From contig CAVATZ010000001.1 of the NCBI GenBank assembly GCA_963591655.1, positions 15,583 through 79,582 on the forward strand: a stretch of 64,000 nucleotides of DNA. The letters run 5' to 3'. Origin of the DNA: Clostridiales bacterium (lineage in GTDB: Bacteria > Bacillota > Clostridia > Lachnospirales > Lachnospiraceae). The stretch's first letter is position 1, and each line of letters starts with the position of its first letter. The notes beneath the pieces were generated by a model. The model made no database searches. It saw only the letters and a program-made list of their open reading frames with translations, and was not told where the DNA came from. This document shows positions 1-8,489 of the stretch, piece by piece. The position numbers and the translations under genes were made by a program.

Positions 1-554
1 CGGATATAGGAGCCGTTTTCCGTGATGTCAATGCTGTCAATCCTCCGTACCGTGGACTTCTTCATCTTCGAATTGCCGCAGAAGGACTTGAAATCATGCT
101 CCCCGATGAGGTACTGCGCAGCCGCCTTCATTTTCCCGATATCGGGCTTCTGCTCCAGTACCCGGACATACTTCCGCTCAAAGACCGGCTTCTGCTCACC
201 GTACCAGCAGCTGTAGCGATAGGTCTTGCCGCTGGCCTTGAAGCGGGCGTGGAAGCGGTCGCCGCAGCGCTTCAGCTCGTTGATGCTGATGTCCTCGGGA
301 AGGTAGCGATTCATGTACGCGCGGATTTCCTCCTCGGACAACGCTGTGTCCAGCAGGACGTTGGCGCACATGCCCCGAGCATGGACACCCGCATCGGTAC
401 GGCCTGCGCCGATCACTGTAATCGTTTCTCCGGTCAGCCGGGACAGTACCGTCTCCAGCTTTCCCTGTATGGTGAGCTCCGTGTTGGGCTGATGTTCCCA
501 GCCGTAGTATCGTGAGCCGTCATAGCTCAGGATCATTTTATAATTCTGCTTCAT
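1..554 (-). CDS. truA: tRNA pseudouridine(38-40) synthase, 3' end runs off the window
   Basis: Minus-strand translation from ATG at 554: MKQNYKMILSYDGSRYYGWEHQPNTELTIQGKLE...GRTDAGVHA, the TruA N-terminal and catalytic-Asp motifs. Not in the ORF track because it is open-ended. Confidence 0.93.
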   Translation of the reverse strand, partial: MKQNYKMILSYDGSRYYGWEHQPNTELTIQGKLETVLSRLTGETITVIGAGRTDAGVHARGMCANVLLDTALSEEEIRAYMNRYLPEDISINELKRCGDRFHARFKASGKTYRYSCWYGEQKPVFERKYVRVLEQKPDIGKMKAAAQYLIGEHDFKSFCGNSKMKKSTVRRIDSIDITENGSYI

Positions 555-572
555 ATCTTGTTTTATATTCCT

Positions 573-1949
573 TTACTTTTCTGCTTCATAATCCCGGATA
601 AAGCTCTGGAGCGACAGCGCAGCCAGTGCCTCTGCCGACTGGGATGGATCCTCTTTGCAGCTTTCTGCCGCCAGCTGCAGCTTCTCCCGGGCCATATCCT
701 CAAATTCTGTCTCCATGGCCAGGTAGTCGTCATACTGGGGCGGCGTATAAAATTTGTATTCTGCCTTGGTCTGCATAAAGGCCTGGTACATGGAAATGTA
801 CATGGGATCTGTCAGCTCGCTGATGGCCTGGGGCAGATAGGCGGAAAAGGCATCCTGCTTCACCGGCATATAGCCAAGGCTTGTCGCAAACTGAACATTT
901 CGTTCTGTCTCTGTCAGCCACTTCAGAAAGGTCACGCAGGCCTTTTCCCGCTGGGGAGTGGACTTCACGGTGCAAATGCCGGCACCGCGCTGCATGGCCA
1001 GCTTCTCTCCGCCAATAAAGGTAGGGCAGGGAATGCTGATGATGCTGATCCGCTCAGTGGAATTGTCCGCATAGGTCACCGTATCGGAGAAATAACGCAC
1101 ACTGGCGGAGGAGGCGATGACCGCCACCGCATCTCCGGTTTTCATGGCCTGGGAGGCATAGCCGCTGCCAAGCCATACGCCGCCCTCTGCTGCCGCTTCT
1201 GCATAGGACTTCCAGACCCGGTCAAAGAGCGGGCTGTAGCTGATACCGTCGCCGTCGCCGTTGAAGAAGCTGCCGCCCAGGGAAGTAACGCCCACCTGGA
1301 AGTAATCGAAGTAGCTGTCATGGGCCAGGAAGGGCTTTGTATCCCCATTCTGATCCAATGTCTTCTTATCCTGCCATTGGGCATACTTCCGCGCAGCCTT
1401 GAAGAGTCCCTCCCAGGTACGAAGGTCAGAAAGCTGTGTCCCTGTTGCTTTGGCAAAGCGGTCGAAGGCCGTCTTGTTGATGAAGAGAATCTCCGTGGAC
1501 TTAGCCACCGGCAGCACCAGCTGCTTTCCGTTGATCATGCCCTCCTGCATAAACTCAGGCACAAACTTCGAAATCTCATCATTAGAGAAGTAATCCCGGT
1601 AATTCACCAGAATCGAGCTGTCCGGCATGGCCAGCACCGTCTTCGGATAGGAAACGAACATATCCGGCAGTGCCTCTGCCCCCGCTTCTCCCTCAGCTGC
1701 CGCCAGCACCTTCTCATGTATATTGTTCGTATTGGTGACGCTGGTGACTTCCACCCGGATGTTCTTTTCCTTCCCAACAGTCTCATTGAATTCGTCAACG
1801 AGATCATTCAGCGGCGAGTCATCCGCCTCACCGTAAACATGCCAGAGTGTCACCGTCACCTGCTCCTTGCTTCCGCAGCCCGCCAGCAATATGACGGTCA
1901 ACATTGTCAGCAGGGCGCAGAAAAGCCTTATTCGTAATTTTTTTATCAT
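573..1949 (-). CDS. Extracellular solute-binding lipoprotein (sugar-binding ABC type), no permease adjacent
   Basis: Lipobox LAGC; VTLWH...LVDEFNET, LPDMF, TGYMP-like SLGYMPV motifs; 458 aa. Confidence 0.85.
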   Translation of the reverse strand: MIKKLRIRLFCALLTMLTVILLAGCGSKEQVTVTLWHVYGEADDSPLNDLVDEFNETVGKEKNIRVEVTSVTNTNNIHEKVLAAAEGEAGAEALPDMFVSYPKTVLAMPDSSILVNYRDYFSNDEISKFVPEFMQEGMINGKQLVLPVAKSTEILFINKTAFDRFAKATGTQLSDLRTWEGLFKAARKYAQWQDKKTLDQNGDTKPFLAHDSYFDYFQVGVTSLGGSFFNGDGDGISYSPLFDRVWKSYAEAAAEGGVWLGSGYASQAMKTGDAVAVIASSASVRYFSDTVTYADNSTERISIISIPCPTFIGGEKLAMQRGAGICTVKSTPQREKACVTFLKWLTETERNVQFATSLGYMPVKQDAFSAYLPQAISELTDPMYISMYQAFMQTKAEYKFYTPPQYDDYLAMETEFEDMAREKLQLAAESCKEDPSQSAEALAALSLQSFIRDYEAEK

Positions 1950-1973
1950 TCATCTATCTCCAAGAGGCAAAAA

Positions 1974-2201
1974 TCACTCACACTCATCGAGAAACATTTG
2001 CGCAATATATGATGGACCATTCCACCATAGCTTGGAAGTCTCATCATACAGCAGTTTCCCTGTCTTAGATGCCACGAAAGCGTTTAATGCCTTTGCCGGA
2101 TCTATTTTCAACTGATCCGCGATTTCCTCCACAGTAAGTGTAACCAGCAGATCTATTGCATATTTTTTCTGATCCTCCGTTATACTGTCTAATCTTTGCA
2201 T
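1974..2201 (-). CDS. Small acidic hypothetical protein of the kind found beside DUF3990 genes (DUF3791-like, putative antitoxin)
   Basis: 75 aa, ALNAFVASKTGKLLYDETSKLWWNGPSYI; GAGG RBS; start overlaps the DUF3990 stop region. Confidence 0.65.
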   Translation of the reverse strand: MQRLDSITEDQKKYAIDLLVTLTVEEIADQLKIDPAKALNAFVASKTGKLLYDETSKLWWNGPSYIAQMFLDECE

Positions 2202-2637
2202 ACAATAACCTCACTCCCGATGCATTTCAGGCAAGCCAATGACTGTTTCGTTCGAAAGCAATACTGATCATCCAGTCTCTCCGGAAGGAGCCGGCTTATA
2301 CACAGCTTATCCGCTTCATTACTTCCAATGTTCCCATAGGTACCTGCAATATATGCAAGAATCGTAAAGTTCGTTGCATCATCCGCGATCTTACCGGCGA
2401 TGATATCATATTCTCTGAGATTCTCAACAATGGTAGCTTCTGACCGTTATCAACCACTCCCTGGGACTTTGCCTTCTTTAACGAGGTTTTTATAAACTTT
2501 TTTGCTTGTTGATAAGATGACGTCACATAAAATCCACTTCCAAAATCCTTATAGGGCGCACACTTTGCCAAGTCCGGAGCTGTTATTTCACAGTAGCTGC
2601 CGTGATACAATGTCATACCATCAACAAGTCGGATCAT
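2189..2637 (-). pseudogene. DUF3990-family protein (ADP-ribosyltransferase-like), frameshifted with a probable internal deletion
   Basis: N-part MTLYHGS...DFGSGFYVTSSYQQA. A different frame from ~2440 gives YDIIAGKIADD...LLPERLDDQYCFRTKQSLACLK ending in TAG at 2189-2191. Confidence 0.8.
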
Positions 2638-2852
2638 ACCTCAGCCCCCTTATTGCGCAATAATTGCTCAATGTCATAAAGCACCGCCTCATCTCCCTCT
2701 GTATGGAACTCATCAAAGCACTCCTCTATAAACTTGAATACACCATATCCGGCAAATATTTCATTCACCTTCGTGATGGTCGCATTCCAATGCTCGGCCG
2801 CAAGCCGAAGCAATCGTGTTTGCATAAATAAGATTTGCGTCTTCTCACTCAT
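2634..2852 (-). CDS. DUF3791-family small protein
   Basis: MSEKTQILFMQ...YGVFKFIEECFDEFHTEGDEAVLYDI; GGAGGTG RBS; ATGA overlap with the DUF3990 start. Confidence 0.75.
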   Translation of the reverse strand: MSEKTQILFMQTRLLRLAAEHWNATITKVNEIFAGYGVFKFIEECFDEFHTEGDEAVLYDIEQLLRNKGAEV

Positions 2853-3031
2853 TCGACACCTCCGCATAGAACTGTTTTATGCAGCCTTTGTATCGTCATT
2901 ATCGGTAAGTATAACAGCTTTCCGCAGATACTGCCATAAGTGCTTTAGCTGGATAGCTCTATATGTTGTAAAGCTACAATTGAATTTTGCAGCAGATTGG
3001 ACTATTCTTTGTCTGAAAGGAGTTAAACAAT

Positions 3032-3193
3032 ATGCCAAATAGCAAAGCGATTTCCGGTATACATGACTTCGAAAGATTACAAGCCACCATCCGATTAATG
3101 AATGAACTTGCGAAAGGTCGAAAATCAGGAGAAGAAAATGGCTGGCTGACACTGGAAACTGTTAAAAAAAATCTCAATAACTACTCACAATAA
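3032..3193 (+). pseudogene. Phd/YefM-like antitoxin remnant (53 aa), apparently lacking the DNA-binding core; no cognate toxin follows
   Basis: AAAGGAG RBS then MPNSKAISGIHDFERLQATIRLMNELAKGRKSGEENGWLTLETVKKNL. The ends resemble clostridial prevent-host-death proteins as recalled. Below the ORF-track cutoff. Confidence 0.6.
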
Positions 3194-3208
3194 CAAAGGA
3201 GGCAAATC

Positions 3209-4204
3209 ATGTATACAGCCAAAACTGAACGATATGACAAAATGCGCTATCAGTATGCCGGACGCAGCGGTCTACAGCTGCCCCGGGTGTCCCTGGGTCT
3301 CTGGCACAATTTCGGCGATACCGCGAATTTCGAGAATATGAAGCAGCTCTGCTTCACGGCCTTCGACAACGGCATCACTCACTTCGATCTGGCCAACAAT
3401 TACGGGCCGGAGCCGGGCAGCGCCGAGAAGAACTTCGGCCGGATCCTGAAGGAGGATCTGGGCGTTTACCGGGATGAGCTTCTGATCTCCACCAAGGCAG
3501 GCTATGTCATGTGGGACGGCCCCTACGGCAACTGGGGCAGCCGGAAGTATCTCCTCTCCAGCCTGGACCAGAGCCTGAAGCGCCTGGGCCTTGACTATGT
3601 GGATATCTTCTACCATCACCGGATGGACCCCAATACCCCGCTGGAGGAAAGCATGGGGGCGCTGGCCACAGCGGTGCAGAGCGGAAAAGCCCTCTATGCC
3701 GGTCTCTCCAATTATGACGGTCCTACCCTGGAAAAGGCCACCGCAATTTTGAAGGAGCTGCACTGTCCCTTCGTCATCAACCAGAACCGCTATTCCATCT
3801 TCGACCGCACAGTGGAAAAGAATGGTCTGAAGGAAAGCGCCGCCAAACTTGAAAAGGGTCTCATTACCTTCAGCCCCCTGGCCCAGGGACAGCTGACAGA
3901 CCGCTACCTCCACGGCATCCCGGAGGACAGTCGCATCCGCACCGACGGCCGCTTCCTGAAGGAGAGCATTCTCACGGAGACACGTCTTTCCCAGATCCGC
4001 CGCCTGAATGACCTGGCAGCAGAGCGCGGTGAAAAGCTGGCGGACATGGCGCTCGCATGGCTTCTGCAGCAGCCGGTGGTGACCAGCGTACTGATCGGTG
4101 CCTCCAAGACCCAGCAGATCCTGGACAATCTGAAGGCCATCGATTCCGCTCCCTTCACCGAGGAGGAGCTCCGTCTCATTGACGAAATTGCATCGGAGAC
4201 TTGA
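3209..4204 (+). CDS. Aldo/keto reductase (L-glyceraldehyde-3-phosphate reductase YghZ/Gpr-like)
   Basis: GRSGLQLPRVSLGLWHNFG, THFDLANNYGP, ISTKAGY, DYVDIFYHHR motifs. Confidence 0.92.
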   Translation: MYTAKTERYDKMRYQYAGRSGLQLPRVSLGLWHNFGDTANFENMKQLCFTAFDNGITHFDLANNYGPEPGSAEKNFGRILKEDLGVYRDELLISTKAGYVMWDGPYGNWGSRKYLLSSLDQSLKRLGLDYVDIFYHHRMDPNTPLEESMGALATAVQSGKALYAGLSNYDGPTLEKATAILKELHCPFVINQNRYSIFDRTVEKNGLKESAAKLEKGLITFSPLAQGQLTDRYLHGIPEDSRIRTDGRFLKESILTETRLSQIRRLNDLAAERGEKLADMALAWLLQQPVVTSVLIGASKTQQILDNLKAIDSAPFTEEELRLIDEIASET

Positions 4205-4282
4205 TTCCGGGCGGATTTTGACTTATCATGGTTCCATCGCAGGATTTTAACGTTGTAAAGCATTAAACAAGGAGGTAGTATC

Positions 4283-5110
4283 ATGGCATTTGACATCACA
4301 CCCTATGTAGACATGACACCCGGTGAGGTTCGCAAGCTGATCCGGGAAGGCGTCATTGACTTCCCCACCGCCGGTATGTGCCGCGGCTTCGCCCAGGCCA
4401 ATCTCGTGATTCTGCCGCCGGAATATGCTGCAGACTTCGAGGAATATGCCAATAAGAATCCTTTCCCCTGCCCCATTCTGGAAATTATCAAGGGCACACC
4501 GGAGACCCATGACATGGGCGAGGGCGGAAACATCTGCACCGACATTCCCAGGTACCGCATCTATGAGAACGGTGTGTTTGTCAAGGAAATCACCGATGCC
4601 TCCGATTACTGGAAGGAGGGCTATGTGGGCTTCCTGATCGGCTGCTCCTTCTCCTTCGAGGAAGCGCTGATGCGGGAGGGCATTGAGATTCGCCACATTG
4701 CCCAGGGACGCAACGTGCCCATGTTCAAAACCAATATCCAGACCGTACCTGCCGGTCCCTTCTCCGGTCCCATGGTCTGCTCCATGCGGCCCATGACCCC
4801 GGAAAATGCACAGAAGGCCTATGACATTACCGTGAAGATGCCGAACGTGCACGGCGCACCGGTACATATGGGAGATCCGAAGGAGGTCGGCGTTGCCGAT
4901 GTCATGAAGCCGGATTACGGCGAGGCCGTAGACATTTACCCGGGAGAGATTCCGGTATTCTGGCCCTGCGGTGTGACGCCCCAGGCTGCTGTGGAAAATG
5001 CCAAGCCGCCCATCGTCATTACCCACGCACCGGGACATATGTTCATCACCGATATCCCGAATGCCACGCTCAACGACTATCTGGAAGAGAAAAAGCAGAA
5101 TCGGAAATAA
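4283..5110 (+). CDS. Putative hydro-lyase, D-glutamate cyclase / DUF1445 (YcsI-like) family
   Basis: QANLVILP, NPFPCP, TDIPRYR, GCSFSFE, HGAPVH, FWPCGVTPQ, THAPGHMFITD. Confidence 0.9.
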   Translation: MAFDITPYVDMTPGEVRKLIREGVIDFPTAGMCRGFAQANLVILPPEYAADFEEYANKNPFPCPILEIIKGTPETHDMGEGGNICTDIPRYRIYENGVFVKEITDASDYWKEGYVGFLIGCSFSFEEALMREGIEIRHIAQGRNVPMFKTNIQTVPAGPFSGPMVCSMRPMTPENAQKAYDITVKMPNVHGAPVHMGDPKEVGVADVMKPDYGEAVDIYPGEIPVFWPCGVTPQAAVENAKPPIVITHAPGHMFITDIPNATLNDYLEEKKQNRK

Positions 5111-5126
5111 ATCTGCACAACGAAAG

Positions 5127-5168
5127 AAAACCCGGAACAGAGTACTAAGCTCTGCCCCGGGTTTTTTG
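5127..5168 (+). terminator. Intrinsic terminator between convergent genes
   Basis: aaaacccggaacagag-loop-ctctgccccgggtttttt hairpin with T tract. Confidence 0.75.
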
Positions 5169-5209
5169 TTGCGCACCACACATCGCTTCGGTGGTGCTGA
5201 GATGATTCG

Positions 5210-6229
5210 CTATACGTGCGACCAAAGGAACCACAGCCACCAGACTATGATCCAGAGGATGGCCGCCGCTTTATTGGCTTCGAGGATCGCTGCATACTCC
5301 CGCAGAAAGGCGCTGATCCAGTAATACATCCGGGTGGGAGCACCCACGCACTCGCCGCTCAGTCCTGCCTTCCGGGCATATACCGCCGTCCGCAGCACAT
5401 GATAATTGCTGGTAACAAAAACACAGCGGTACGGGCGCTTACTGTCCTCGGCCTCTATGAGCACCCGGGAATAGCGAAGGTTTTCCATGGTCGTGGTGGA
5501 ACGATCCTCGATCAGAATGTCGGATGCCGGAATCCCCTTTTCGAGAAGATAATTCCGAATCGCCTCCGCTTCAGAGATATCCTCATCACTTCCCCTTCCG
5601 CCGGAGGGAATCAGCTTCGCCCGCCGCCCGCAGAGCTCGTAAACCTCGATGGCCTTGTCAATGCGGGAGGCCAGGAGCCGGGAAATCCGTTTGCCGCCCA
5701 GAAGCCCCGCACCGTGAATGACGATATAGTCAAAATCCCGCCGCACCGGCATCCCGGAATAAATCAGTGTATACAGCACCAGTGTCACAAAGACGAAGGT
5801 GTTGAAAAACAGGATGAACATGATGGTCATGTTGATGACCCGCAGCCACAGGATATCGAAGGTCAGGCGGGCAATGGCCAGAAAGCCGAAGGTCAATACC
5901 AGGGCAATGCTGGCGGCCGCAGCCGGGAGCAGCGCCGTTCTTCCCGGGCCCTCCTTGTGCCAGAGCATCCAGCTGTCCGCATAAAGGACCAGGGAGCCCA
6001 GCAGAAGCACCAGCACGAAGCCGAAGGTGAAAATATCCAGGCGGATCAGCACAAAGGGCAGATTCGGCCGCGTATATTCCATGATGGCATAGATGGCGAA
6101 ATGGATAGCACCGCCCAGAAAAACCGCATTGCGGAAGCGCCGCCGCTCCTTTCGCACCGACACCAGAAAGGCCAGGGCAAAAATCAGCACCAATATGCAG
6201 TTCACAAGCCATAAGGACAGTAAATTCAT
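5210..6229 (-). CDS. YdcF/DUF218 (SanA/ElyC-like) membrane protein
   Basis: N-terminal TM helices; DYIVIHGAG, SGGRG.DE..SEA, EDRSTTTMEN, VTSNYHVLR, LRE motifs. Confidence 0.9.
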   Translation of the reverse strand: MNLLSLWLVNCILVLIFALAFLVSVRKERRRFRNAVFLGGAIHFAIYAIMEYTRPNLPFVLIRLDIFTFGFVLVLLLGSLVLYADSWMLWHKEGPGRTALLPAAAASIALVLTFGFLAIARLTFDILWLRVINMTIMFILFFNTFVFVTLVLYTLIYSGMPVRRDFDYIVIHGAGLLGGKRISRLLASRIDKAIEVYELCGRRAKLIPSGGRGSDEDISEAEAIRNYLLEKGIPASDILIEDRSTTTMENLRYSRVLIEAEDSKRPYRCVFVTSNYHVLRTAVYARKAGLSGECVGAPTRMYYWISAFLREYAAILEANKAAAILWIIVWWLWFLWSHV

Positions 6230-6301
6230 GATTCAGCATTCTCTCCCGTTCATCTCTAACCTTTATAGTTTAGCAGATTTCGGGGATCTCTGTAAATACA
6301 A

Positions 6302-6335
6302 AGAAGGCTTTGCTGTTCGCAAAGCCTTTGATACG
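6302..6335. repeat. REP-like hairpin, copy 1 (32/34 identical to 29493-29526); probably also terminates the MFS gene
   Basis: agaaggctttgctgttcgcaaagcctttgatacg; 10-bp stem AAGGCTTTGC/GCAAAGCCTT. Confidence 0.75.
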
Positions 6336-6346
6336 GATTTAGTGGA

Positions 6347-7564
6347 CTACGCCTGCATTTTTAGTGTAAGCTTCTTTGCGGCAAATACCAGCACCACAGC
6401 GGCGGCTGCCAGCACAGCGGAGCCGATGTATCCCATGACATAGGAGCCGGTGCTGTCGTAGAAGCTGGCACTGATCTTCGGTCCCACGAAGGCACCGACG
6501 CCGTAGCCGATAAAGATGAGGCCGTAGTTCCGGTTATAGAACTTGCTGCCGAAGACATTCTTCACGATCGGTGCAAACACCACCAGGAGTCCGCCGAAGG
6601 AGAAGCCCACGAGACAGATGCAGGCGATGAAATACGGCAGAGAATGGGCGATTGTCAGCATACACATGGACAGGCCATTCAGTACCAGCACCAGTACCAG
6701 AGAATTCCAGCCCTTCAGGCGGTCATAGATGAAGCCAAAACCGATACGGCCGCACATATTGGCGAGGGTCATGATGGAAACGCACATTGCGGCGGTCATG
6801 GCACTCTGGCCGATCTGGTTCTGTGCAATCGGAGAAGTGGCGCTGACCATCATGGTACCGGCTGCATTGGCAAAGATGAACATCACCAGCATTACCCAGA
6901 AAACGGGTGTCTTCACCATCTCCGGAATGTTGTAGTTCCGGGCGTTGAGCTCCTTGGCCTGGGAAGCGGTCGGGGTCCAGCCTTCCGGTATCCAGCCCTC
7001 GGGACACGGAATGATCATCCATGCCACGGCACCGACGCCGATCAGGAAAACGATGGCCAGGATACGGCAGGCATTCTGCGCTCCCTGGGTCTCAATGAGC
7101 CACTGGGCAATCGGAGACATGATGAAGGGGCCGCAGGAGGCACCGGCCTGTACCAAACCGGAGATGGAACCGCTCTTGTCCGGGAACCACTTGAGGGCCG
7201 TGGGCAGGCAAGCCGGGTAAATGGTACCGGCACCGGCGCCCGCCATGACACCGTAGAACAGATACAGCTGCGGGATGCTGCTGGCGAAGCCCGTCAGGAA
7301 CCAGCCGGCCGCGAAGAAAATGAGGCCGAGGTAAATGGCCACGCGGGGCTGCAGCTTCTCCGCCAGAAGGCCTCCCACAAAGCCCATGGCGCAGTACACA
7401 AACATGTAAATGGTATAAGCCATACTGAAATCCGAGCTGCTCCAGCCGAACTTGGTGGTCAGCGGCAGCGCGAAAAGGCTGAAAAAGGCAGTTGCCGAGG
7501 TAAAAAGGCTCTGAATCCATACACCGGCAAAAACCCGCCAGCGTGTTGCCTTGGTGATCTTCAT
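6347..7564 (-). CDS. MFS transporter, oxalate/formate antiporter (OFA) family
   Basis: About 12 TM segments; KWFPDKSG, FG.K...RNYG motifs. Confidence 0.88.
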   Translation of the reverse strand: MKITKATRWRVFAGVWIQSLFTSATAFFSLFALPLTTKFGWSSSDFSMAYTIYMFVYCAMGFVGGLLAEKLQPRVAIYLGLIFFAAGWFLTGFASSIPQLYLFYGVMAGAGAGTIYPACLPTALKWFPDKSGSISGLVQAGASCGPFIMSPIAQWLIETQGAQNACRILAIVFLIGVGAVAWMIIPCPEGWIPEGWTPTASQAKELNARNYNIPEMVKTPVFWVMLVMFIFANAAGTMMVSATSPIAQNQIGQSAMTAAMCVSIMTLANMCGRIGFGFIYDRLKGWNSLVLVLVLNGLSMCMLTIAHSLPYFIACICLVGFSFGGLLVVFAPIVKNVFGSKFYNRNYGLIFIGYGVGAFVGPKISASFYDSTGSYVMGYIGSAVLAAAAVVLVFAAKKLTLKMQA

Positions 7565-7576
7565 ATACCGGCCCCC

Positions 7577-8356
7577 TTACTGCTGCAGTGTGCCGAGATC
7601 CAGACCCAGATCCCGTCCGCTGAACTTGCCTGCTGCGCGGCTGGTGCCGAGCCAGTAAACCATGTCGGAAATGTCGGCTACCTCCAGGAAAGGCATGCCG
7701 TCATACATCTCCTGCCAGTTTGCGAAGTGCTTGCCGGTCAGATCGTTGATGAACTGCACATAGCTCTCGGTCTCGCACATCGGTGTCTTTACCTTTGTAG
7801 GACAAACCGTGTTCACCACAATGCCGGTGCCCTTCAGCTCCTGCGCCAGAGTCTTGGTGAGGCCGCGCACGCCCCACTTTGCCATACAGTAGGTGGCCAG
7901 CTGCGGTGTGCCGTACATACCGGAGGTAGAGGAAATGTTGATGATGCGGCCGCTGCCCTGCTTACGCATGTAGATCGCCGCATACTTATCGGTACGCCAG
8001 GTGCCGATGAGGTCAATGTCGATGACCTTCTGTACCTGTGCATCGGTTAGCTCCCAGGTATAGCCGAAGTTGATGACGCCGGCATTGGCCACCACCACAT
8101 CAATGCGGCCGAAGGTGCTCCAGGCCTCCTCGAACAGCTTCTTCATGTCCTCGTCTGAGGTGACATTGGCACGCACCGCCAGCGCCTTTGCGCCCAGCGC
8201 CTCGATTTCCTTCACGGTCTGCTGGAAAACCTCGCCGGCCGGATCCTGCATATCTGCCAGCACCACATCAAATCCGTTCTCAGCGAACTTGATGGCATGG
8301 GCCTTTCCCTGTCCCATCGCACCGCCGGTGATCAATACAACCTTACGCTCTTCCAT
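7577..8356 (-). CDS. SDR family oxidoreductase
   Basis: TGGAMGQG, NAG, ISS, YCMAK catalytic motif. Confidence 0.92.
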   Translation of the reverse strand: MEERKVVLITGGAMGQGKAHAIKFAENGFDVVLADMQDPAGEVFQQTVKEIEALGAKALAVRANVTSDEDMKKLFEEAWSTFGRIDVVVANAGVINFGYTWELTDAQVQKVIDIDLIGTWRTDKYAAIYMRKQGSGRIINISSTSGMYGTPQLATYCMAKWGVRGLTKTLAQELKGTGIVVNTVCPTKVKTPMCETESYVQFINDLTGKHFANWQEMYDGMPFLEVADISDMVYWLGTSRAAGKFSGRDLGLDLGTLQQ

Positions 8357-8489
8357 CTTACGTATCCCCCTTATTTCGATTGGATTGAATTACTCTGTTA
8401 TTTTTTTATCAATCCCGTTGACTATATCATAGGCCTTCTGTATCATAAAAACAAATCGTAATATTGTATCATTTTAATAAGGAATCTTT

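Noticed and set aside
96..515. 139-aa plus-strand ORF
   Set aside because: Antisense to truA, which carries the real motifs.
2296..2637. 113-aa ORF taken as an intact gene
   Set aside because: Its tail is out of frame; the family-like C terminus is in another frame, so it is treated as a pseudogene.
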